From: Vicugna vicugna
Taxonomy: Eukaryota
Length of the DNA stretch: 64,000 nt
Direction: 5' to 3'
Assembly (NCBI GenBank): GCA_013265495.1
Contig: MU058844.1
Location: forward strand, 3,477,895-3,541,894
Shown here: one piece after another, positions 1 to 8,950 of the stretch
Numbering within the stretch: the stretch's first letter is position 1
How the letters are laid out: the number at the start of each line of letters is the position of its first letter
Notes under the pieces: model-generated
The model's input: only the letters and a program-made list of their open reading frames with translations
What the model was told of the DNA's origin: nothing
Database searches by the model: none
Program-made: the position numbers and the translations under genes

Positions 1-946
1 GACTAACCGGTTACTGTGGGCTTTGGATCCCTAACTATGGGTCCATAGCCCAACCTCTGTATGACAGTTTAAAGGGTAAGGATGACTCAGTACCCCTCTA
101 GTGGGGTCCTTCCCAACAGGAAGCAATGGAAGAATTAAAAAAAATCTCCTAGTAAGATCCCCGACCTTGGGGCTTCCAGATCCCACAAGGCCCTTCCAGT
201 TATATTTTATGAAAGGAGAAAGAGCCTTGGGGGTCCTCACCCAACGGCTGGGTCCTACCCAACAGCCTATGGGATACCTCTCCACATGGTAGATCCCACT
301 GCTCCAGGCTGGCCTTCCTGCCTAAGAGTGTTGGGAGCCCTCTCCACTCTCCTGGAGGAAGCTTCTAACCTAACTGTGGGGGCCACTATACAAGCATAGG
401 CTAACCACCAAGTTTCTGATCTTTTAAAAGGCAAGGGACGTTTCTGGCTCTCAGATGCTCAACTTCTTAAATATCAGGCATTATTTTTGGAAAACCCAAA
501 TACTACTGTCTCTGTCTGTGGGACACTCAATCCTGCTACACTATTACCACCACCAGACGAGTCTCTTCCCTTCTACCTATGTCATGACACTATCCATTTC
601 TCTAGGAGCTAGAATAGATCTCACTGACCAATCCCTGAAAAACCATGATGAGATCTGGCTCACTGATGGGAGCCACATATTCTTGTGAACCTCTTAGCGA
701 TCTGCGACTGCTTCTCAAGGGACACTATGAGTCAAACTTCAAACGGCTATACAACAAGGTTATCAACCAGCCAAGACAGCTTTTATACAAGCCCCTCGAT
801 GGACACCGACCCTTCACTCACCACCTGCCCAGTGACAGCCAGCTAGTCTGGGACCCCATCATCACCCCAGATCAGAAGGAAGTAGCTAGAGTGGTTGTCA
901 CCCTCTACGTCCCAAAGATTTGGGGTCCTATGACTAGAGCGAGGAA
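1..946 (+). mobile_element. Class I (gamma-like) ERV internal remnant: degraded pol plus env tail, with large internal deletions
   Basis: SPTLGLPDPTRPFQLY..ALGVLTQRLGPTQQPMGYLS and DPTAPGWPSCLR (RT connection domain). RIDLTDQSLKNHDEIWLTDGS (RNase H start). YSCEPLSDLRLLLK (integrase C-terminus). LYKPLD (env-tail-like). Purine tract AGAGCGAGGAA immediately before the LTR. Confidence 0.88.
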
Positions 947-1308
947 TGTTAGGTAGTTTAGATAAAAATGAGCACTGGGCAGGGGGGGAGGAAGGGAACA
1001 ATCTGGAGCACAAGGAACGTGAGCTGTCAGTCAACCAGAGCACACAGAACCTGAGTTGTCAATCAATCAATCACAAAACCAGGATATAAAAACAGGAACA
1101 ACGAGGGAACGGCGTCATTTTTCCTCTCTTGGATTGGCAGCTCCCAATTCTCGGGAGTAGACTATCTTTCACTGTTTATTTATTTATTTTTTTTTACTTG
1201 ACTAATAAAAATCTTGCTTATATCACACTTTTTGTCTCTTGTCAAAAATTCTTTTTTTTCGGGTGACTAAGGACGGAGGTGATTCTTATTTCCCTTTTTC
1301 CGGTAACA
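947..1308 (+). mobile_element. 3' LTR of the + strand class I ERV (362 bp)
   Basis: TGTTA...TAACA inverted termini, preceded by the PPT. TATAAAA at 1085 and AATAAA at 1204. Confidence 0.85.
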
Positions 1309-1554
1309 ATACCAAGCCAGGAAAGCATTCCCAGTGAGACATATGTCCATCAAATAATGCAATTAGGCAGAAGAGATGTAACCATCTCATATAAAGCCTG
1401 TTTAAATATACCAATTTTTATAAACTTTCATCTCAGTTCTATCAACTTTCGTACCTTTAGCTTTAGTTTCTGTTAGGATCCAATCAACAAGCCTTGGTCT
1501 TACAAGGAGCCCTAAAAGGCGCTTTGCTCCCTGATCATTTTATTTATTTTTACT

Positions 1555-1588
<34 letters not shown>

Positions 1589-3703
1589 TTATTTATTGAA
1601 GTATAGTCAGTTTAGTGTTGTGTCAATTTCTGGTGTACAGCACAATCATACATGAACATACATATATTTGTTTTCATATTCTTTTTAAAATTTATTGTTT
1701 GTTGTATATGTTTTTTTTTATTGAAGTATTATCTACTTCTAAATAAAAGGCTCTGGGATCCTTAGTGAGGGGTTGAGCCAAGGGACTCAAGCCCTTTTGT
1801 CTATCTTTCAACTTGATTAATTGTTGGTCAGGTATCTCAGGGTAATTTTCTTCCAGTCTTTTATTTATATACATTTATATTTATATATATTTTAACTGAG
1901 GTAAATAGAGCAAACTTGTTTGGAGCCCTTTAATGCTGGGGACCCAAGGTCCCTTTGGCACATCCAACCTTAGGTAATGTTGTTTCAAATCTTTGTCTTA
2001 ATCCCATTAACATCCATTTTATCTCGTGTCTTAATAACCATCTAAAGATTTCTTTATCTGTTTGGGACAAACCCTGTTAAAATTTCCACCTTGTTGGGAA
2101 GAAGTCTCTAGACTGTCCTTCCGTTTTTTCTTCCCTCCCTTTTAATCAATCTAATTAAAATTAATTATCCGAATGTTTCCATTAGCATCTGCAAGACCCA
2201 TTGAGGGGAAGCAGAGACCACAAATAAGGCTTCCCAAACTGTATTTCTGTTTGTTTTAAATTAAGGGAATTCTTAGGTTAACCGTTCTATATATTTTTCC
2301 TATACTTTTTTGCACCTTTTAATGTGTTTTTCCCCCCATAGGTACCAATCAAACAGCTGTTTATAATGAGAGCTGTCTAAAAATTTACCAATTTAGAAGT
2401 TTCTCCTATTTAAAGGATCCATCATCTGGCCATTGAAGAGGTATCGTAATAGTGTCTCAAGACAGTAAGATGCAAGAGGCGTTCCCATAAGAAGAATGCT
2501 GCCTAAACAACACCCAGGAAGTTTACTCCCCAAACTCGTCTGAGGCCTTCGTTTTACAGGCAGATGCAATGAAGGTTAAAACGACAAAAGCCCCTACGAG
2601 CTGGCACAGACCAAAAACTGCTCCGAATCCCAGTCCATTCGACTGGCTGCCAAGTACTGAAGATCAAAATCCTGAAACGATGTTTTATCAGGCTGGCTTT
2701 CTCTAACTTGACTGCATACGCAGTAAAAAAGCCCCATCTTAGTCATTTTCAGGGTGATATTTTCTTTAATTCCCCATTACGTAAATACTTGTAAGTACAA
2801 GTTTCGTACGTACAGAAGTCTGGCTGGGGTATTAGTTGGAGGCTGACAACCTGTCGTTCCTTTATCTTTCATTTTGAAAGCTTTGCTCCCCATCCCGAGG
2901 TGGGTCTGTCGAGATAAAATCGCTGGTGATGACTGTGTGCTGGGCTATTGTGCTGTTTGTGAGCTTAAGTCTAATTTTTACTAAAGAGTCGTGTCTGCTC
3001 TTCAATGTCCTGGTTTCTCCCTCTGTAGCCTAAGACCACCATGGGTGCTCGGGTCTAGAGGTGGCCACTGAGTATGCATGGCCCTGGCTGAGCAAGTTTT
3101 AATTACAGTCAGGTTTCCCTACAGGGCAGCTGCACAGTATGAGGACGTGCCTCCACCACTCCCACAAGCTTCTCAGTTGCCTGAAAGTCACTGCTGGCCA
3201 GAAAGAGAAGCCCCTTCTTCAGAGCTGAAAGCTCTCATGAGGTATCTTCACGTTTATTTCTACAAGCTACTAAAGTAGCCAATTCAAGGGGAAAAAAACC
3301 ACAGGCCAGACTCCCACCTAATTACTCAGTCCAGTCCTACACAGTGTCTTTCAGCAGAGCAAAGTCTTCCCAGTCTTTCAACTGAGAATAAAACCACTGT
3401 GTCTACCCTGAGCAAAAATCTTCCCAGTGTCTTTCAACTGAGGATAACTGAGGTACTTCTCCTTAAAACCAAGTTTCAAGGATAATCTACTCCAGAGAAG
3501 AGTGTAAAACCACCAAATAAAACTTAGGATCATCAGCCAGTAATGAGAGATCCGAGAATCAAGGGAGACTCACCCAAATTCATCTGGACTCTGAAGAGTA
3601 GGACGGGGACCAGAGGCCCCTGCTGGTACCAGATTTCAGATCCTCGTAGAGTTCAGGTGAAGGAGAGAAGTCTGCTCTGGGTCCCTTAGTTGGTCACCAA
3701 AAC
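1309..3703 (-). mobile_element. Class I ERV leader and degraded gag (minus strand), cut off at 1309 by the + strand ERV
   Basis: Degenerate tRNA-Arg PBS TGGTGACCAACTAAGGGAC at 3699-3681 beside the LTR. Gag-MA-like LQWPDDGSFK on the minus strand near 2410-2440. Short leader duplications at ~3357-3447. Confidence 0.7.
1557..1690 (-). mobile_element. L1 3'-end fragment with (TG)n(TA)n tail inside the minus-strand ERV
   Basis: ttattgaagtatagtcagttt...aatttctggtgtacagca is the reverse complement of the L1 3' ends at ~26670-26720 and ~54765-54815. Confidence 0.75.
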
Positions 3704-4263
3704 TGTCGACTGAAAAAAAAAAATGCAAAACCTGAAAGTTGAGAATTATGTTTTATTCAATGGACTTACTGAGGACTTAAGCCCAGGATATAAACTCTCA
3801 GATAGCTCTGAGGGGTTGCTTCCGAAGAGGTAAGGCAGGAGCCGTGATATACGGGAATTTTTGAAAAGAAAAAAGAAAAACAAACAAACAGGTAGTCAGA
3901 ACATCAAAAGATTACTGTTAAAGAAAACCAGACATCAAGTTAATGAACTCTGCACTTTTCTATGTACAGGAAGATGCATATGCGTATATATGCATGGGAA
4001 GAAGTCTGGGCTTATTGAAATTCCGTTGATGTGCACCTTAAATAGGGCCGGTATCTGTTTTCTCCATCCCAAGTTCCATTCTGGGTGTGTCGCTGGGGTG
4101 GGCTGCAGAGGCAGATGGCTTGGTGGCGGTGGGTAACCTGTTTTAACTCCACGCTGAATTCCCCTCAGGGTGCACCGTCGGGTGGGTGGGTGCGGTGGCT
4201 GATGACTCAACAGCCACAACATCCCTTGTTTACTGAAATAGCAGGTGACATTCTATGTCCACA
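3704..4263 (-). mobile_element. 5' LTR (~560 bp) of the minus-strand class I ERV
   Basis: Near-inverted termini TGTCGAC...GTCCACA. AATAAA on the minus strand at ~3752-3757. PBS lies directly downstream. Confidence 0.78.
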
Positions 4264-5112
4264 TAGGTATTGACTAAATGAGAATTTTTATTTATTCAAG
4301 TGTTTTTAAAACATTGTTTTCCAATTCTCTTACAGCCAAAAGCAGTTAAAACTGGGCTGAGTGGACTGGAAGAAACAATGTACAAAAATTGAGATGCTTG
4401 ATACTTGGTGCTCAGCGGGCACGGCTCTCACCTATTATCTGCAGCACAGTGCTTGAAGCCTGGAAGACCTGCGTGAAAATTCTGGCTTTGCTTTTTCTTT
4501 AGGAAAGGTACTTACAAAGCTTAGTTCCCTTAATTGTAAAAGGTGAACATAATGTGAATTTGTTTATAAAATTACCACAGTAGCTGTCACAGAGTTAAGT
4601 GCTCAACAGCTGTTTTGCTATTTATCGTTTTGTTTCCCTGAGCTGCATTTCCAAACAGGATTAACTGTAATTGTGGAAAAGATACAGGGACCAATGTTAA
4701 GTGGCAACAAATGAAAATGTGAGATTTAATCCAAAGTTAATATTTCATTTTTAAATTTCAACAGAAAGTATAACAGAAACTTGCCTTCCAATCGTGAAAA
4801 CTTCACGATTCGGGCCAAAAGTTGGCCACTGAGTAACCCCAGAGGAACTCAGCCTGAGAATACAAATGCCATAATTACCTGAAATAAAAGGCAGGGCGAA
4901 AACAGGAAGTGGGAGAAAGGTCTGGAATGTGACCCAAGTGTCATTAAGACAAAGGCTTCCCTGGAACTGACACTATCCTGGCCTTTCACTATTTGCTTAC
5001 TGCCTTTTAGGTAAAAGACAAAGGCAGTCCAGAGCCTCATTATCACTTCATTCATGAGTGCAGCAAACTTGGAGTCCGTTGTTTCCGAGATGGTTTCTAT
5101 GCGTTTAAGAGG

Positions 5113-5558
5113 TGTTAGACTGCATCCCACAGGCCTGCAAGCTCTGTAGTTGTCCAGCCTCAAGACTGAAGAAAGAACCCGGAGTCAGCAGGGACGTCAG
5201 TGGTTTATTGGCCAGGGAATCTTACACATCCAAACCAAGAGGTCCGGGAGTGACACCCCACCGTGTACGGCAGACAGGACACGGGTAGCCATCTTTGCTA
5301 CCGGCGGGAGGAGGTGGCTCCCATCAGCTTCCAGGGAAACCAGCAGCTGGGGCACGTCTCTCAGCCCCTCAGGTTAATGAGCACCACGAACGCAGCCGTT
5401 TCCCTTTAATAAACGAGCAGGTGGAGCCGTTCTGGTCTAAGGATTAGATCGATCACAAGCTGGGGCCGGGGCAAGCATGTTCACGTGAGGGGGCTGTAGG
5501 TTAGGCAGGGATGTACAAAGATTAAGACAGCAGCCACCTCGAGTGGCCTGAGCACACA
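5113..5558 (-). repeat. 3' LTR of the class III-like element (446 bp)
   Basis: Aligns by eye to 7196-7701. AATAAA on the minus strand at 5209-5204. Confidence 0.88.
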
Positions 5559-5741
5559 CTCCGCCCCGCACACCCTGTACGACTCTTGCCACCTTGGCCT
5601 GCCCCTCCCCCACGGGGTCAGGGATGAACGGGCACACAGCAACCAAGTGCCACAAACGCAATCAGACAACAGCAGTTAAGGGGTATCAAGAGTCCAAAAG
5701 GTGGGCAAACTTTGGAGCCGGGCGCTTATCAGGTCAATTTC

Positions 5742-5978
5742 TCATGGACTGAAGCCAGAGGAGGATGACAACAGCATCTCGCTGCAGGCCCAGCAATCAA
5801 ACTCATTCTGCAGCGAGGCCACCGCTGTTGCCCAGTTGGTGAACAGACCCCTCCCGCTCAGACTAGGGGTGACATGTAAGGTGTCGGACAGGCACAGTAC
5901 CGGGAAGATCACGGCCATTAAGCAAACTACCAGCAGTAACAGGGTTCTGCACTAATACCGCCCCTGCCTGGGGTTCAT
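5742..5978 (-). pseudogene. Retroviral env N-terminal remnant (signal peptide plus SU start with CxxC)
   Basis: Manual translation from ATG 5978: MNPRQGRY*CRTLLLLVVCLMAVIFPVLCLSDTLHVTPSLSGRGLFTNWATAVASLQNEFDCWACSEMLLSSSSGFSP*. Hydrophobic leader and CWAC at 5795-5784. Confidence 0.7.
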
Positions 5979-6484
5979 CCTGGCCTGCAGGACCGTCCTG
6001 CCTGTCCTCCCTTAGTCCCCACAGCTGGTGCCAAATACTGGAGAGGCCCAGAACAACAGAGCCCAAGGTTAACACAGCGGTGCCTTTCTCTACCCTTACG
6101 GGTCCGGATTAACTACTTTAGCAGTCTTAGGTGGGGCTGGGTACCTAAGACGTGGAACCTACAAGTCCTTTTCTAATCCTCTTCCCCATGGGGCGGCAAA
6201 CCCAAACCACCGGGGACTTACCTGCCAGTCCCAGGGCCACTTTACAACATGTTTCCCTGAGGGTAGAGCCTGTGGCAAGGGCAAACATGGTCATTGTCCT
6301 GACCAATAGCTGGCAACTGTCCTTCAGGGGTCAACAGTTAAACTCAGATTGTTTTGACTAGTTGCCTCTGGGTTAACCTGGCAAAGACACTGGGACCACT
6401 GTGCCTGGGGTGCTCAGTTACAACTCATAGGGCTTGAATCAGCCCCCTCCCCCGTGTTGAGAGAGCACATTTCCATCTGAATCG

Positions 6485-6800
6485 CTAAGTAGCCCCCTCA
6501 TCCTTTCCATCAGCCTGGGGGCAGTATGGTTGTAAGGTAGGTTCTGGAAATGCTTGCGTGTGTCATTTTTATAGCCCCATTCCCTGAACTTCACGGCCAG
6601 TAAAGTGTGGGGTTTTTTTGCATTGCTGGACTAATTCAGAAGGACTTCCACCTGTCCTCAGGCACTACAGGCTGCATAGAGCTGTTGTTCCCTCACACTA
6701 TTTCGTCACTCTGCCCCCTTCCATAGCTGGGACCAGAAGCCCAAGGGTACTCATTACTTTGCTGTTGCCAAAGGCCCCAACCAAACCCTTCTGGGTAACC
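6485..6800 (-). pseudogene. Frameshifted ERV-L-type integrase core remnant
   Basis: Minus-strand pieces HFTGREVQ/EWGYKNDT, LPYNHTAP and LMERMRG resemble ERV-L integrase (GTHFTAKEVQQWA...HVPHHPEAAGLIERWNG). Confidence 0.65.
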
Positions 6801-7195
6801 GGCCACGTCCAATTCACAAGTCTGTCCCTGTAATTGTTCAGGGGTGGTGGGTTTGGGGTATGCCTGTATTTTGTAAACAATCCAGGACCTTGGGTTTTGT
6901 CTGTATTCACCAGCCATCCCTGTGCTGTGAGTGCCAGGCTGCTACCTTAAACAGGAAAAAAGACCGAGGTTAACAGGATATTTCAATGTAACAGAAGAGA
7001 AAGACATCTCTCTGGCAGCCAGCTGGCCCAGGGCCCACGTGCTAGAGGACGCAGCCCTGGGACTCCCCCCACGGCTTTCAGGCCCCACATGCCAGTGGAC
7101 AGCCAGGAGCTCCCTGGAATGCTCCAGTCCTGCCCGCGTTTCCCGACACCTTGGTGTTCACAGGAGTCTCCTCGGCCTCTTGGCCGGCTTGCCAA

Positions 7196-7701
7196 TGGTT
7201 GGGCTGCACCCCGAAGGCCTGCAAGGCCTGGACTTGACCAGCCTTGAGACTGAAGGAGGAGCTCGGAGACAGCAACGGACACATCAGTGGTTTACCGCAC
7301 AGAGGGTCTTACCTGTCCAAACCGCGACGTCCTGGAGTGACACTCGCGCAGTGTGGAGCCGCGGCCAGGACGCGGCGGCCATCTTCGCTCCTTGGGCCGG
7401 GGTGGGGGAGGGGAGTGCGCATTTATAGGGCAACTGCCGTAAGGCGGGCTCATCAGTTACCAGGGAAACCAGCAGCTGGGGCATCTCCCTCAGCCTCTCA
7501 GGTTAACGGCCATCACAGGGCAGCTAGTGCCCTTTAATAAACTGCAGGTGGAACCATTCTGGCCTAAGGACTAGAACACTCACTAGCCCGGCCGGGAGCA
7601 AGCACATTCACGTGAGTGGGCTGCAGGTAAAGCAGGGGCTGGCTGAGCAGGGGATGTACAAAGAGCAAGAGAACAGCCATCTTGAGTGGCCTGAGCACAC
7701 A
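7196..7701 (-). repeat. 5' LTR of the class III-like element (506 bp)
   Basis: Adjacent to the PBS. TATAAAT on the minus strand at 7427-7421. CpG-rich at ~7300-7450. Confidence 0.88.
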
Positions 7702-8269
7702 AGAGGATTAGAAGATATACTGTCCCTGGGTAGAAATATTGGGCTGCTGAGAGAAAAAAAAAAGAGTATTTGGAGGTTACTGACAAATAATTATGCTCAA
7801 CTCATCAGCAAATTTAATGATAAAAACAGATGGGTCTATAGTAGATATTTAAGTCGAATTACATCAGTACACCATATGCTTCATTTTCCCTGACGGTGTA
7901 CCCAACATTTTGCTCCAGCAACTCATGAGGTCTTAGACTTCATGCACCAGAGGATTTATGAATGTACACTGAATCTAGGAACACAGCATAACTGCCAGGT
8001 TTTCTGTCTTCCATAAGCCCCAACTATGACTCAGCCAGATAACACAATGGTAGCCTGGTCTTACTAGGAAAATAGGTCACTGGCTTGCCAAGAGGCAGAG
8101 GTTAATAGGGGCGGAGAGGGTGTGTATAACTACTTTTTTCTTTGCAAAATCTTATCAGAATCTTGCCTTTTCTTTTGAGTCAAATCTCAAGCATGTTCCT
8201 ATTAAAGATAAAGACTCCGATTTGAGATTCTCATAATAAGGTAGATTTCACAACAAAAGCAGTAAAGAG

Positions 8270-8950
8270 AAACAGCTCAGTCATCTAAAACTTCTAAACT
8301 GATAAAGCAAAAAGTATATGAACAGGAAAAATCAGCAGAAATGCAATATATAATATATAATTAGGAATATCAACAGTTCGGAAGTAGAATTTAATTAATC
8401 CACATGACATAAAGTGATATAAAATTAATAAGGCAGATTTAACATATGTGCCAGAAACTACATGGAAATACAAGCAAGCTTGGTTTTGTACCCAAGTGTA
8501 TTTTAGGTAAAAATTGACCATATTCCGTACCACACAGTTTAAGTTAAACTCTGCATTCTATATATCCAGAGAATAAATTAAAAAATTAGAAATAACAAAA
8601 TAAAATACTCAATCACACAGAAAGTAAAAAAAAAAAAAAACCAAAACTTAAACTCAACTAAATAATATTCTGGCCAGAGGGCCAAAATGTACTGAAGAAT
8701 ATTTTAAAATACAAATAGAAATGCAATATGTCAAATTAGATGGGATACTGCCAAAACAATAAAAGTACAAACCAAGCATCTCCCTAAAAATGTAAAAAGT
8801 TATCAAAACAAGTAAAAGGAAAATACAACAAACCTGTATAAGGAAATGTGAAAAACTGTTGGTGTTTTGAACATTTTTAAGTGAATCATTAACCAGAAGA
8901 AAAAAAAAAACTTGTTTTTGCTTCAAAAGGAGTTAATAAAAACATGGTTA
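8270..8950 (+). mobile_element. Old degraded L1 ORF2 (endonuclease-region) fragment
   Basis: A-rich, with L1-like segments aaaaattgaccatatt and atatgtcaaattagatgggatactgccaaaaca. No open frame. Confidence 0.5.

Larger units (their letters stand above)
5113..7701 (-). mobile_element. Complete non-autonomous class III-like LTR element (two LTRs, PBS-Arg, integrase and env remnants)
   Basis: Direct repeats at 5113-5558 and 7196-7701. Perfect TSD AGAGG at 5108-5112 and 7702-7706. PBS TGGCAAGCCGGCCAAGAG at 7194-7177 (3 mismatches to the complement of the tRNA-Arg(ACG) 3' end). GGGGCGGAG PPT before the 3' LTR. Confidence 0.9.

Noticed and set aside
3340..3452. Short spaced repeats superficially like a CRISPR array
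   Set aside because: Only two to three imperfect copies inside an ERV leader, in a mammalian genome with no cas genes.
6931..7428. 165-aa plus-strand ORF across the ERV leader and LTR
   Set aside because: Antisense to the element, GC-rich, and without retroviral or host motifs.
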